The notes beneath the pieces are model-generated. The model had not been told where the DNA came from and did no database searches. It saw only the letters and a program-made list of their open reading frames with translations. Positions 35,966 through 47,223 of a stretch of 64,000 nucleotides of DNA are shown here, in pieces. The DNA comes from an uncultured Aliarcobacter sp. (GTDB lineage: Bacteria; Campylobacterota; Campylobacteria; Campylobacterales; Arcobacteraceae). The translations under genes and the position numbers were made by a program. Position 1 is the first letter of the stretch. Each line of letters starts with the position of its first letter. Location: positions 2,048,001-2,112,000 of the forward strand of contig OY781945.1 in the NCBI GenBank assembly GCA_963677435.1, read 5' to 3'.

Positions 35966-38167
35966 CTAAAGTTTTATAACTTTAGCTCCAAAACCACCAC
36001 TACTTGGATGCGCATCTTCAAAACCTCTAACTTTTGGATGTTTTTTTAAGTACTCTTTAACTGCAAATGCTAATTTTCCAGTTCCAATTCCATGATAAAC
36101 TAAAACCTCTTCAAAGCCTGCAAGTAAGGCATCAGATAAAAACTTATCGAGATTTTCTAGGGCTTCTTCAGCTCTTTGTCCGTGTAAATCTAATTTTATA
36201 CTTCCAGTTTCTGGTTTTTCTATAGTTATAGTTGCTTTTTTAGTAGGAATTTTTGGAGGTGGATTTCCACTTCTACTTAAATCTGCAAGTAACACTTGAA
36301 CTTTCATTCCCATGTCATTTTCAATAAAAGCTTTTGCACCTTTGATTGAAACAATTGTTCCTTTTGTATTTCTATATTTTACTCTATCCCCTGCTTTGAA
36401 CTCAACAACTTCTTGAACTTTTTCAGTTTTGATTTCTGTTGCAATTTTGTGGGCGATGTTTAGATGTTGGTGTGATTCCCCAACAAGTTTTGCTTTAATA
36501 GCTTTTTTTGCTTCATCTCGAGCATTACTATACTCTTTGTGAAGTTTTGATTTTTCTGAGTAGATATGTTCATCTAGTTTCTCTTTTTGGTCTTTTAGAT
36601 TTCCAGAGATTCTTTTCATTTCTACAATCTCTTCATCTAGTTTTGCAATTTTTTGTCTATATTCTCTCTCTAGGGAACTACTTCTCTCAATCAACTCATT
36701 TAATTTATCTTTATCATCTCCATAAACCTCTTTTGCTCTTTTTACAACACTATGAGGAATTCCATATCTTGAAGCTGTTTCAAAGGCATAAGAGCGACCT
36801 ATTGTTCCTTGTAAAAACTCATAAGTTGGTCTTTGGTTCTCTTCATCATAAATTGCAGCTATTAACTCAACATCATCATTTGAAGCCATAAGTGCTGCTA
36901 ATCTTTTATGGTGAGTTGTGATAATTACTTTTATATCTCTTTGAATTAAATCTTCAATTATTACTTTAAACAGACTTGCTGCTTCATCTGAATCAGTTCC
37001 AAGTTCTATCTCATCAACTCCAACAATCGCATTTTTAGAAGCAAAAAGTTTTGAGAATTCTACCATACGACCTGCAAATGTAGAAATATCATTTTTTACA
37101 CTTTGAGGGTCATCTAAAACTGCATTTATTGATTTAAAATTACTCACAACCGTATCGTGGTGAGCTTTATATGGAAGTAGATATTTTGAAAGAAAAACAG
37201 CTGATAAAATTGATTTTAACATCATTGTTTTTCCCCCTGCATTTACTCCGGTAATCATAACAACTGATTTTGTAAAATCAATACTAATCGGTTTTGCATT
37301 ATGTAAGGCTGGGTGACAAAAATCTACAAGTTTATTAACATTGTTTTTTGAAGGAAGAATAAAATTTTTATCCCCTGCTTTTGCAAAAAATAGTCTTGCT
37401 TGATAATGATCAAATTTATCAAACTCTTTATTTATAAACTTTAAAAATAGAAGATTTTTTTCAAAAAGTGAAGAAATCTCTTTACAAATCTTATATAAAA
37501 TTTCTTCTTGTTTATTTTTTAAATCACTTTGTTTTTGTTTTAATTCTGAAATACTATGAGGAACAACATAAAAAAATCCAGAGTTAGAACGGTCAATTAC
37601 AGAACCATTTAATACATGATTAAATCCACCACGAACAAGTAAAGATTCTTCACCATTTATATAATGAACTTGAGAATCCACTAAATATGATCTGATTTTT
37701 GAAGAGTTTATAGTTTTATAAAGACTTTGTTTTATTGCTTCTTTGTTTTTTGAAATAGCATGTTTTATGTTATCAAAGTCTTCGTTTATTCCATCTTTTA
37801 GATTTGCTCTATCATCAAAGTAATCTGAGATTTTTAAAATATCATTAGGAATAGTTATCTTATCAATCCACTCAGCAAGCTTTCCATCAAAGTTAAATCT
37901 TTTTAAATATCTAAAATAATTAATTATTTTAATAAATTCAAAAATATCATCAATTTTTAAAACACCCTGCTTTTGAATATGCATCAAAGGTGTATCCAAA
38001 TTTTCAATTTTATTTGGCGCTTTAATATCAAATTTTGATAATTCGTTTATAAGTTTAAAATGAAGGTTTATATCACCTTCTAAAATAATAGATTTTTCTC
38101 TAGCCATAAGTTTTGAGAAAGTATCTATGTAGTCAATTAAGTCTAGTTTTTTTAATATATTTTGCAT
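35966..38167 (-). CDS. mutS2: Endonuclease MutS2
   Basis: ITGVNAGGKT, STFAG, DEIELGTD, C-terminal Smr domain (LDLHG..HGIGTGKL). Confidence 0.95.
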   Translation of the reverse strand: MQNILKKLDLIDYIDTFSKLMAREKSIILEGDINLHFKLINELSKFDIKAPNKIENLDTPLMHIQKQGVLKIDDIFEFIKIINYFRYLKRFNFDGKLAEWIDKITIPNDILKISDYFDDRANLKDGINEDFDNIKHAISKNKEAIKQSLYKTINSSKIRSYLVDSQVHYINGEESLLVRGGFNHVLNGSVIDRSNSGFFYVVPHSISELKQKQSDLKNKQEEILYKICKEISSLFEKNLLFLKFINKEFDKFDHYQARLFFAKAGDKNFILPSKNNVNKLVDFCHPALHNAKPISIDFTKSVVMITGVNAGGKTMMLKSILSAVFLSKYLLPYKAHHDTVVSNFKSINAVLDDPQSVKNDISTFAGRMVEFSKLFASKNAIVGVDEIELGTDSDEAASLFKVIIEDLIQRDIKVIITTHHKRLAALMASNDDVELIAAIYDEENQRPTYEFLQGTIGRSYAFETASRYGIPHSVVKRAKEVYGDDKDKLNELIERSSSLEREYRQKIAKLDEEIVEMKRISGNLKDQKEKLDEHIYSEKSKLHKEYSNARDEAKKAIKAKLVGESHQHLNIAHKIATEIKTEKVQEVVEFKAGDRVKYRNTKGTIVSIKGAKAFIENDMGMKVQVLLADLSRSGNPPPKIPTKKATITIEKPETGSIKLDLHGQRAEEALENLDKFLSDALLAGFEEVLVYHGIGTGKLAFAVKEYLKKHPKVRGFEDAHPSSGGFGAKVIKL

Positions 38168-38363
38168 GGCGGGATTATATCTAAAAGGGTATAAAATATT
38201 CTTTCGAAAATTTAATTTTTTATCTATTAAATTAAATCTTATATACCACTAAATGGACACCAAAATTTTATAAACTCAAACACATAGGGGATTCTGTTTA
38301 TGTAATTATATTTGATTACAGCTTTGCAGATTATACTTATATATAATTATGAGGAGAAAATTG

Positions 38364-39830
38364 ATGCAGAATAATGCACAGATTGAGTACGATTACTCAG
38401 TTGCAAAAGCTTTTACTGTTGTTGCAATTTTGTTTGGTATCATAGGTATGACACTTGGTGTTGTACTTGCGTTTCAATTGGCGTTTCCACAGTTAAGTAA
38501 TTTAGCTGGGGAGTATGGTACATTTAGTAGATTAAGACCAATTCATACAAATGGAGTTACTTTTGGTTTTACATTAAGTGGTGCATTTGCTGGATGGTAT
38601 TATATCTCACAAAGGGTATTAAAAGTTTCATTAAAAGAGTCACCTTTTTTAATGGTTATCGCAAAAATGCACTTTGTTCTTTACTTTATAACTATTCTTT
38701 TAGCTGTAATTACTTTATTCATGGGTTTTACAACTTCGAAAGAATATGCTGAGTTAGAATGGCCTTTAGATATCTTAGTTGTTGTTTGGTGGGTTTTATG
38801 GGGTATTTCAATTTTTGGATTAATTGGAATTAGAAGAGAAAGAACTCTTTATATCTCTATTTGGTACTTTATTGCAACATTCATTTCTATTGCAATGTTA
38901 TATTTATTTAATAATATGGAAGTTCCAACTGCACTAGTATCAGGTTATGGTTCATGGATTCACTCTGTTTCAATGTATTCAGGTACAAATGATGCTTTAG
39001 TTCAATGGTGGTATGGACACAATGCTGTTGCATTCGTATTTACTGTACCAATTATTGCCCTAAGTTATTATTTCTTACCAAAAGAGTCTGGTCAGAATGT
39101 TTATTCTTATAAACTTTCAATCTTATCTTTCTGGGGATTATTATTTGTTTATTTATGGGCTGGTGGACACCATCTTATTTATGCAACTGTTCCAGACTGG
39201 ATGCAAACAATGGGTTCTGTTATGTCAGTTGTTTTAATTTTACCATCATGGGGATCAGCTATTAATATGCTTTTAACAATGAAGGGTGAGTGGCAACAAT
39301 TACAAACAAATACACTAATTAAATTTATGGTATTAGCTTCAACTTTCTATATGTTATCAACTATTGAAGGACCAATTCAAGCTATTAAATCTGTAAATGC
39401 TATTGCACACTTTACTGACTGGATTCCAGGACATGTACATGATGGTGTTTTAGGATGGGTTGTATTTATGATTATGGCAGCACTATTCCATATGGTTCCA
39501 AGAATGTATAAAAGAGAGATTTACTCAAAATCATTAATGGATACACAATTCTGGTTACAAACTACAGGTATCGTTTTATACTTTACTTCAATGTGGATTG
39601 CAGGAATTACACAAGGTATGATGTGGAGAGCTTACGATGAATATGGATCATTAGTTTACTCATTTATTGATACAGTTACTGTATTACATCCATATTATAC
39701 AATTAGAGCAGTTGGTGGGTTGTTATACCTAATTGGATTCTTTATGTTTGCATTTAATATTTATAAAACTATTAGATGTGGAAGAGTACTTGATAAAGAA
39801 CCAGTAAATGCTACACCAGTAGCTGCGTAA
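38364..39830 (+). CDS. ccoN: cbb3-type cytochrome c oxidase subunit I
   Basis: RLRPIHT, QWWYGHNAV, WAGGHH, GHVH; start after GAGGAG SD. Confidence 0.97.
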   Translation: MQNNAQIEYDYSVAKAFTVVAILFGIIGMTLGVVLAFQLAFPQLSNLAGEYGTFSRLRPIHTNGVTFGFTLSGAFAGWYYISQRVLKVSLKESPFLMVIAKMHFVLYFITILLAVITLFMGFTTSKEYAELEWPLDILVVVWWVLWGISIFGLIGIRRERTLYISIWYFIATFISIAMLYLFNNMEVPTALVSGYGSWIHSVSMYSGTNDALVQWWYGHNAVAFVFTVPIIALSYYFLPKESGQNVYSYKLSILSFWGLLFVYLWAGGHHLIYATVPDWMQTMGSVMSVVLILPSWGSAINMLLTMKGEWQQLQTNTLIKFMVLASTFYMLSTIEGPIQAIKSVNAIAHFTDWIPGHVHDGVLGWVVFMIMAALFHMVPRMYKREIYSKSLMDTQFWLQTTGIVLYFTSMWIAGITQGMMWRAYDEYGSLVYSFIDTVTVLHPYYTIRAVGGLLYLIGFFMFAFNIYKTIRCGRVLDKEPVNATPVAA

Positions 39831-39844
39831 GAAAAGGAGAAATT

Positions 39845-40528
39845 ATGTTTCATTGGTTTGAACAAAGACCGTTTTTCTTTGCGGTACTAGTATTTTTATT
39901 CGTTGCATTTGCAGGTATCGTAGAAGTTATTCCAGATTTTGCAAAACAAAGTAGACCAACTGTTGGTACAAAACCATACAGTGTATTAGAATTAGCAGGA
40001 AGACAAGTATATATAAAAGATTCTTGTAATGCTTGTCACTCACAATTAATTAGACCTTTCAAAGCAGAAACAGATAGATATGGAATGTATTCTTTATCTG
40101 GTGAGTATGCATATGATAGACCATTTTTATGGGGATCAAAAAGAACTGGTCCAGATTTAATGAGAGTTGGAAATTATAGAACTACAGATTGGCATGAAAA
40201 CCATATGTATGAACCATCAGCTGTTGTTCCTGGAAGTATTATGCCATCGTATAAACACCAATTTACAAATAAAGCTGATTTAGATACAGCATATGCAGAA
40301 GCATATACAGTAAAAACAGTATTTGCAACACCATATGATCAAGATTTAAATGGTGATGGAAAAATTGATGTTGAATTAGGTGATTACGCTACAGCAATTG
40401 CAAAAGCGAAAGAAGACGCAAAAGCGATTGCAGATGGAATGAAAAATGAAGCTATAAAAGATGCTGTTGCAAACGGTCAAATTCCTGAAATAGTTGCATT
40501 AATTGCATATTTAAATTCTTTAAAATAG
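39845..40528 (+). CDS. ccoO: cbb3 oxidase subunit II
   Basis: CNACHSQLIRP, WGSKRTGPDL. Confidence 0.97.
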   Translation: MFHWFEQRPFFFAVLVFLFVAFAGIVEVIPDFAKQSRPTVGTKPYSVLELAGRQVYIKDSCNACHSQLIRPFKAETDRYGMYSLSGEYAYDRPFLWGSKRTGPDLMRVGNYRTTDWHENHMYEPSAVVPGSIMPSYKHQFTNKADLDTAYAEAYTVKTVFATPYDQDLNGDGKIDVELGDYATAIAKAKEDAKAIADGMKNEAIKDAVANGQIPEIVALIAYLNSLK

Positions 40529-40536
40529 AGGTTGTT

Positions 40537-40761
40537 ATGGACTACGATTCACTTTTAACATTACAAGGTTATTCTAGATTCTTTATGATTCTAGTAATAT
40601 TTATCATATTTTATTCTTACGCTTATTCTATTTATAAGAGGGATAAGACAGGAGAGCGAGATTATGAGAAATATTCAAAACTTGTGCATGATGATTCAAG
40701 TGTTTCAGTTCCTCTTGAAGAAAGAAAAAAAGATAAAGATATAGATAATAAGGAGAAATAA
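40537..40761 (+). CDS. ccoQ: cbb3 oxidase subunit CcoQ
   Basis: Single TM small protein between ccoO and ccoP. Confidence 0.88.
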   Translation: MDYDSLLTLQGYSRFFMILVIFIIFYSYAYSIYKRDKTGERDYEKYSKLVHDDSSVSVPLEERKKDKDIDNKEK

Positions 40762-40762
40762 G

Positions 40763-41653
40763 ATGAAGTCTATGGTTATAGGTGGAATAATTCTTATCAT
40801 CGCTTTATTAGCAGGAACTTACTTTGCAGCAGGTGATGCTTTTAATGGTGATGATTATATTAACAGCTTAGCAATGCTGGGTGCGGTTGCTATTATTACA
40901 ATTTCAGTATTTGTTGTATTAAAATATGTTAATCAAATGAAAAATGATACTGCAAGTGGTGAATTAGCTGAAGAGAAATGGGATGGAATTGGTGAATATA
41001 GAAATGCTGTTCCAACTGGTTGGGCTTTAGCATTTATAGGAACAATTATTTGGATGTTCTGGTATTTTACTGTGGGTTATCCAATAAATGGGTTTTCACA
41101 AGTTGGTCAATGGAATGAAGAGACATTAGAATATAATGCGAAATTTGAGAAAAAATGGGAGAATCCATCGCAGGAGACTCTAAAAGCAATGGGTCAATCA
41201 ACTTTCCTAGTTCAATGTGCACCTTGTCATGGTGTAGATGCTGAAGGGATTGATGGGAAAGCTCATAACTTAACAAAAAGAATTTCTAAAGAGCAAGTTG
41301 TTTATACAATTAAAAATGGTGCGAATAACTTAAAAACAGTATATCCAGGTGGAATGCCTCCAATGATGTTAACAGAAGATGCAGATATAAATGCAGTTGC
41401 TGATTATGTTGCTGGTGGATTTAAAGGTGAACAACCTGCTTCATTTGCTACTTGTGCTGGATGTCATGGTGATGATGGAAAAGGTATGGAGTTTGTAGCT
41501 CCAAACATCAGAGCTTATGATGATGCTTTAGTAACTGCTGTTCTAAAAAATGGTAAAAAAGGTGCTATAGGATCAATGCCAAGTTTTGATGGTAGATTAA
41601 ATGAGACACAAGAGAAAGCATTAGCTACATACTTAAGAAGTATAGGAGAGTAA
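40763..41653 (+). CDS. ccoP: cbb3 oxidase subunit III
   Basis: WDGIGEY, two CxxCH (CAPCH, CAGCH). Confidence 0.95.
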   Translation: MKSMVIGGIILIIALLAGTYFAAGDAFNGDDYINSLAMLGAVAIITISVFVVLKYVNQMKNDTASGELAEEKWDGIGEYRNAVPTGWALAFIGTIIWMFWYFTVGYPINGFSQVGQWNEETLEYNAKFEKKWENPSQETLKAMGQSTFLVQCAPCHGVDAEGIDGKAHNLTKRISKEQVVYTIKNGANNLKTVYPGGMPPMMLTEDADINAVADYVAGGFKGEQPASFATCAGCHGDDGKGMEFVAPNIRAYDDALVTAVLKNGKKGAIGSMPSFDGRLNETQEKALATYLRSIGE

Positions 41654-41654
41654 G

Positions 41655-41897
41655 ATGGCTGGAAATACACAAATGAATGAGAACGAAAGAGGGACTTTTA
41701 AACTACATGGAATTACAGGTATGTTAGTAGCAGTTGTATTGCTATTAACAATATTAGGTGTATTAACATTTAATGGGATAAAAGTACAACAAAATGAGGC
41801 TAGTAATTTTTATAAAATCAATCAAGATTTAAATGCTATAAAAATGAATAGTTCAGATAATTATAAACAGTACCAACTTGTTGGTTCTGGTAAATAA
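41655..41897 (+). CDS. DUF4006-like small membrane protein
   Basis: FKLHGITGMLVAVVLLLTIL; position after ccoP. Confidence 0.75.
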   Translation: MAGNTQMNENERGTFKLHGITGMLVAVVLLLTILGVLTFNGIKVQQNEASNFYKINQDLNAIKMNSSDNYKQYQLVGSGK

Positions 41898-41907
41898 GGA
41901 GAAAATT

Positions 41908-42000
41908 ATGTATCAAACTATTTGGTTTTTGCTTATATTGTCTGCTGTTATGACAGCATATTATGCATTTTTTGAATCTACAAGAGTATTTCTTGGTTAA
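41908..42000 (+). CDS. 30-aa hydrophobic protein (not in ORF track)
   Basis: AAGGAGA SD then MYQTIWFLLILSAVMTAYYAFFESTRVFLG*; fills the intergenic gap. Confidence 0.65.
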   Translation: MYQTIWFLLILSAVMTAYYAFFESTRVFLG

Positions 42001-42011
42001 TAGGAAAAAAT

Positions 42012-43586
42012 ATGATTGAAAAAGAGTTATCACCTTTAGAAATATTAAAAGCATCTCGAAATCCATTAAGAGTGATTGAAGATATTTATAAAGAAGCAGT
42101 TGAGGGAATTCCCCTGACTGATGATTATATAGGATTATTAAAATGGTATGGAATGTATCCACATATTAATTCTCAAGGTTTAGAAGATAAAAAATATTTT
42201 ATGAAAAGAATTAAAATAATTGATGCAAAAATGAATTTAGCACAATTAGAAGTTTTGGCCAAAATAGGTTTAAAATATGCTCAAGGTTTAGTTGATATTA
42301 CAAATAGACAAAATATTCAATTTCATTATATTGAGATAAAAGATCTTCCTGCAATTTTTGAATTATTACAATCAGTTGGATTAACTTCACGAATGGCATC
42401 AGGCGATGGTCCAAGACCGATTATGATATCTCCAGTAGCTGGTATTGATCCCCAAGAGATACTTGATACTTCATATCTGGTGAAAGATTTAAATGAATAT
42501 TTTGATAAAAATGATGATAGATTTTGTAATTTTCCAAGAAAATATAAAGTTGGAATTTCTGGTTGTGGAAGACATTCAGCGTCACATGAGATACAAGATG
42601 TGGCTTTTACGGCTTTTAAATATGAAAACGGTGAAATATTATTTGATTTAACTCTTGGTGGAGGTTTGTCAAAATCTAAACAAATTGCTTATAGAGCAAA
42701 TAGATATGTAAAACCTGAGCAAGTAGTTGAAGTAGCAGTAGTTTGTGCTGAAATTTTTAGAGATTATGGAAATAGAGGAAATAGGAATAAAGCAAGAGTA
42801 AGACACTTAATAAATGAATGGGGATTAGAAAAATTTGTGGATGAAATGGAGTCAAGATTAGGATATAAACTTTTAATTGGAACTATTGAACCTAAAATTA
42901 CTCCCTTTGAAAATAGAAATCATTTTGGAATTAATAAAGCAAAACAAGAAGGAAAATCTTTTATTGGATTTGCAACAAATTCAGGAAGAGTTGCTGGTGA
43001 AGATTTTCAAAAAATCAGCGATATTTGTAAAAAATATAATGTTGAGGGAATCTCACTTACTCCAACTCAAAATTTTATAGTATACGGTGTAAATGATAAA
43101 GATGCACAAGCCATAGCAGACGAATTTGAAGCATTAGGTTATCCATATAAACCAACTCCTTTTAGAGCAAGACTTCAATCATGTACTGGTAAAGAATTCT
43201 GTAAATTTGGAATTACTGAAACTAAAGAGTTTGCAAAAGTTGTGGTAACACAACTAGAAGAAAAATTTCCTGATTTTAAAGAAAATATTACAATGGCAAT
43301 TTCAGGATGTGGTAATGCTTGTTCTCACCCTCAAATTTCTGATATTGGTTTTGTTGGAACAAAAGTTAGAGATGAAAATGGAAATAGAGTTGATGGATAT
43401 GATGTTATTTTAGGAGGACAACTTCATGGTGTAGAAGGAAGTCGATTTGCACATAAAACAGATGTAAAAATCACAGCAGATAACTTAGTGAATTTTGTTG
43501 GCAAACTAATTGCATCTTATGAAATAGATAATCTAGGACAAAATACATTTAAAGAATATTTAAATGTTGTAGAATTAAGTAAATAA
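42012..43586 (+). CDS. Ferredoxin-type nitrite/sulfite reductase (siroheme, 4Fe-4S)
   Basis: TNRQNIQ, FPRKYK, CTGKEFC, SGCGNAC. Confidence 0.9.
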   Translation: MIEKELSPLEILKASRNPLRVIEDIYKEAVEGIPLTDDYIGLLKWYGMYPHINSQGLEDKKYFMKRIKIIDAKMNLAQLEVLAKIGLKYAQGLVDITNRQNIQFHYIEIKDLPAIFELLQSVGLTSRMASGDGPRPIMISPVAGIDPQEILDTSYLVKDLNEYFDKNDDRFCNFPRKYKVGISGCGRHSASHEIQDVAFTAFKYENGEILFDLTLGGGLSKSKQIAYRANRYVKPEQVVEVAVVCAEIFRDYGNRGNRNKARVRHLINEWGLEKFVDEMESRLGYKLLIGTIEPKITPFENRNHFGINKAKQEGKSFIGFATNSGRVAGEDFQKISDICKKYNVEGISLTPTQNFIVYGVNDKDAQAIADEFEALGYPYKPTPFRARLQSCTGKEFCKFGITETKEFAKVVVTQLEEKFPDFKENITMAISGCGNACSHPQISDIGFVGTKVRDENGNRVDGYDVILGGQLHGVEGSRFAHKTDVKITADNLVNFVGKLIASYEIDNLGQNTFKEYLNVVELSK

Positions 43587-43612
43587 GAAGAGTTTTCTCT
43601 TCTTATTTACTT
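43577..43612. terminator. Bidirectional terminator between convergent genes
   Basis: Perfect 16-bp IR AAGTAAATAAGAAGAG-TTTT-CTCTTCTTATTTACTT. Confidence 0.8.
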
Positions 43613-43613
43613 T

Positions 43614-44012
43614 TTATATCTCTTTATTCCATTGATGATATAATTTTTCAATGTTTTCAATTTCTTTACGAGAAGGTTTTCTTCTACAAGATAAGTATCC
43701 TTTTGAACCATCACAACTTTCAAATGGATAAACAGTTGCAAATACCCAATAATATCCACCATCTTTTGCAGCATTTTTTACAAAACCTGTCCAAGTATCT
43801 CCTTTTTGAACAGTATCCCATAAACTTTTGAATGCTTTTTTTGGCATATCAGGATGTCTAACTATATTATGTGGTTTTCCTATCATTTCATCCAATGAAT
43901 ATCCTGCAACTTTACAAAAATAATCGTTTGCAAATCTTATTAGACCTTTTGAATCGGTTTCACTAACTAAAAATGAGTCTTTTTCTAATATTATCTCTTT
44001 ATCATTTATCAT
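43614..44012 (-). CDS. Stand-alone Aer-type PAS protein (CetB-like)
   Basis: VSETD..G.I.FAN..F, PHNIVRHPDMPK, W.G.VKN, YYWV. Confidence 0.9.
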   Translation of the reverse strand: MINDKEIILEKDSFLVSETDSKGLIRFANDYFCKVAGYSLDEMIGKPHNIVRHPDMPKKAFKSLWDTVQKGDTWTGFVKNAAKDGGYYWVFATVYPFESCDGSKGYLSCRRKPSRKEIENIEKLYHQWNKEI

Positions 44013-44024
44013 TTTTTATCTCCT

Positions 44025-45260
44025 CTAGTTAAACTTTTTAGTTCTAGCATCAGCTAATAATTCACTTGCTAATAAAGAAACTTCTTGAGCAATTGATTTT
44101 ACTTGATTAGATTCAGCTGCATTTTCTTGTGTACCTCTATCTAAGATGTTTACAGCATCATTAATTTGTTCAATACCAGCCATTTGTTCTTTAGATGCTT
44201 TTGATACATTTTCAATAATATGAATTGTTTCAGAAATATTTTTATTTAATTCTTTATATCCTTCAATCATATCTGCTGAAACAATTTTCCCCTCATTTGC
44301 TTTTGCTGTTGCTTCTTGAACTAGATTTTTTATCTCTCTCGCTGCATCAGCACTTCTATTTGCAAGATTTCTTACTTCTGCTGCAACAACTGCAAACCCT
44401 TTGCCTGCTTCCCCTGCTGTTGCTGCTTCAACAGCAGCATTTAAAGAAAGGATATTTGTTTGAAAAGCAATTTGATCAATTACAGTAATTGATTCATTTA
44501 TTGCATGTACTTTTTCATTTATTTCATCCATTGAACTAGCTGTTTTTGCTGCTAGGTTTTCTCCTGAAAAGGCAGATTTTTTAACTATTTGTCCAAGATT
44601 TGCCATTTTTACTGCATTCTCTGCATTATTTCTTGTAATACTTGTAATCTCAACAACTGCAGCAGCTGTTTCTTCTAGTGAGGCTGCTTGATCATTTGCT
44701 TTTGATGCTAAATTATTCATTGATGATGTCATCATTGTAGAATTATGCTGTAGAGTTTCTCCATTTTCAAAATTAGCTCTTGCATTTTTTTCTAAAGCTT
44801 TACCTAATATGTTGATACTTTCCATTAATAGTTTCATATCATCTTTATATTTATCAATAACTTTGATGCTATCAGTAAAATCATTATTAGTGTAACTATT
44901 TACTACTCTTAGGATTCTAGTTGTTGCATCATTTAAACTGTGTAACATTTTATTTAATGTTTGAGTTAGTGTATGAATAGTTGGAGTTGTACTTTTAGCA
45001 TTTATTCTACAATTGTAAATACCTCGTTCAACTTTGTCAGCTGTTAATACAATTTCACCTAAAACTTTTAAATCTTCTTTATTTCTATTATCTATTTTTC
45101 TGATTTCTTCATTCCATTTTTTTATCACATTATTTACTTTTGAATTACTATTTGATTCTATATAATCAAATGTATTTCTTTCATAAGAAATAAATTCAAT
45201 GAATTGCATAAAATAATTATTTAAGACTTCTAGCTCTTTGTCAGAAATTGTACCGAACAT
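44025..45260 (-). CDS. Methyl-accepting chemotaxis protein, apparently soluble
   Basis: [37 protein letters not shown]; no obvious TM helix. Confidence 0.92.
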   Translation of the reverse strand: MFGTISDKELEVLNNYFMQFIEFISYERNTFDYIESNSNSKVNNVIKKWNEEIRKIDNRNKEDLKVLGEIVLTADKVERGIYNCRINAKSTTPTIHTLTQTLNKMLHSLNDATTRILRVVNSYTNNDFTDSIKVIDKYKDDMKLLMESINILGKALEKNARANFENGETLQHNSTMMTSSMNNLASKANDQAASLEETAAAVVEITSITRNNAENAVKMANLGQIVKKSAFSGENLAAKTASSMDEINEKVHAINESITVIDQIAFQTNILSLNAAVEAATAGEAGKGFAVVAAEVRNLANRSADAAREIKNLVQEATAKANEGKIVSADMIEGYKELNKNISETIHIIENVSKASKEQMAGIEQINDAVNILDRGTQENAAESNQVKSIAQEVSLLASELLADARTKKFN

Positions 45261-45592
45261 TTTAAATATCCTTTTTTTATTTTAAATATTGTAGTGTTTA
45301 CTAGCTTGTATTGAAATTAAATAATTATTTAATTGGTAATAAAATTACCATGAATTCTTTATTTTATTTAATTTAATAATTTTTTTAGTAGATTTATAAT
45401 TAAGATATGTGATTTGTGAGAATAAAGTTTTCTTTTCCTAATACAAGACAAAAATTGTATTAATAATATAATATAATCATAATAATGATTACTAAATTGT
45501 ATGCAAGAAAAGAAATCTTCATTTGTGACATATAAAATTAGTATGAACAATTATAAACTCATTTAGTGTTCTTTTGGTGGTATAAATAAATT

Positions 45593-46690
45593 TTATTTTA
45601 AAAGTTTATCAAGCACTTCAAGAACTTTTGTATTTTGTTTATTCGTACCAATTGTAATTCTTATTGCATTCATTTTATAAGAAGATAAATCTCTTAATAT
45701 GATACCTTTTTTGAGTAATTTCTCTGATAGAACTTTTGAATCAAACTTATTTCCGAATTTATATATAATAAAATTTGTATATGAATCAATATATTCAAGC
45801 TCTCTTTTTTTAGCAAACTCTTCGTATCTTAACATTTCATCAAAATTACTTTTAATTGTTTTATTTACAAAATCTTCATCTTTCAAAGCTTCATTAGCAG
45901 CAATCAAAGCTAAGGTTGACACATTAAATGGATTTCTTATTTTATTTAATGTATTGATAATATTTTTATCTGCAATTCCATATCCAATTCTCATTCCACC
46001 TAAACCATATGCTTTAGAAAAACTTCCTAAATATATGCAGTTAGGAAACTTAGTGATTAAATCACTTGCATTTATTAATTTATTTTTGTCTTTAAAACTT
46101 GCATATTCTTGATAAACTCCATCTACAACTACTAAAGTTTTTTTGGAAATCTTTTTTAAAAAAGCATAAACATCTTTTTTATCTAAACACTCACCCAAAG
46201 GATTATTAGGTAAACATAAAAAAATGATATCTGCACCATGTTTTTTATATAAATCATAAAGTTGTTCTAAATTATGTTCGTCATCTTTTGTTTTGATTAT
46301 TTTTACACCTACTTTTTTTGCAGAAATTTCATACATTGCAAAGGTCGTATTTGCCATAAGAACAGTAGATTTTTTATTACATCTTGCCTGAGTACAAATT
46401 TCAATAATTTGGTCAGAACCAGCACCAATGATTATATTTGATTTATTAACATCAAATTTTTTACTCAATGTATTTTTTAATTCATACATTGAATCATCTG
46501 GGTATCTAAACATTTCATTCATAGAACTTTTGATTTTAGCAATAACTTTTATAGAAGTACCAAATGGATTTTCATTTGATGCTAGTTTTATTATATTTTT
46601 TTTATTTATGCCATATTTTCTTGCAATTAAATCAATAGGTTTTCCAGCTTCATATGTTGGAATGGTGTCTAATAATTTATTAAATTTCAT
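45593..46690 (-). CDS. hisC: Histidinol-phosphate aminotransferase
   Basis: KLASNENP, GSDQII, PNNP, SFSKAYGLGGMRIGY. Confidence 0.9.
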   Translation of the reverse strand: MKFNKLLDTIPTYEAGKPIDLIARKYGINKKNIIKLASNENPFGTSIKVIAKIKSSMNEMFRYPDDSMYELKNTLSKKFDVNKSNIIIGAGSDQIIEICTQARCNKKSTVLMANTTFAMYEISAKKVGVKIIKTKDDEHNLEQLYDLYKKHGADIIFLCLPNNPLGECLDKKDVYAFLKKISKKTLVVVDGVYQEYASFKDKNKLINASDLITKFPNCIYLGSFSKAYGLGGMRIGYGIADKNIINTLNKIRNPFNVSTLALIAANEALKDEDFVNKTIKSNFDEMLRYEEFAKKRELEYIDSYTNFIIYKFGNKFDSKVLSEKLLKKGIILRDLSSYKMNAIRITIGTNKQNTKVLEVLDKLLK

Positions 46691-46862
46691 TTTTTCCCTT
46701 TAAATTTATAATTTTTATTACTTATTTAGTTTATTAATTTTTAGTGTTCATTTAGTGTTATTAATCAATATTTCCAAATTAGTTCAAATTGTTATAACAA
46801 ATTGAGATAATTTTAAGCTTATTTTTGTATAATTCCAACCCAAAAAAATACACAGGAAACAT

Positions 46863-47171
46863 ATGAGAATAACAATATCTAACGAAGAATTTAACGAAAT
46901 ACAAAAAATTTTACTTCAAAATGACATGTCGTTATATAATAGATTTAATGAGGAATTTAAAAAGTCGATTTTATCATGCACACCAAAGAAAATTAAAGCA
47001 ACAAATAAAGCAAATATTGCAAAAAGAAGAAAGAGTAGAAATGCTATAACAAATGCAGTTAATATGTTAAGATTTGAAGATAGAGATATTACAGTTTATA
47101 GTGTTGCTAAAACAGCAGCAATTAGTTATAACACTGCTAAACAATATAAAGATTTTATACTCGCTCAATAA
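46863..47171 (+). CDS. Small basic protein with C-terminal HTH-like segment
   Basis: AGGA SD; ITVYSVAKTAAISYNTAKQY. Confidence 0.65.
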   Translation: MRITISNEEFNEIQKILLQNDMSLYNRFNEEFKKSILSCTPKKIKATNKANIAKRRKSRNAITNAVNMLRFEDRDITVYSVAKTAAISYNTAKQYKDFILAQ

Positions 47172-47223
47172 GCTACAATATATACAAAAAAACTTCTATG
47201 ATTATATGAAGTTTATTTTGTAT

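Noticed and set aside
43614..45260. Split PAS + MCP pair as a novel system
   Set aside because: Bipartite energy-taxis pairs (CetA/CetB-like) are already known in Campylobacterota.
45368..45550. 60-aa ORF between the MCP gene and hisC
   Set aside because: Very AT-rich intergenic DNA with no SD and no motif.
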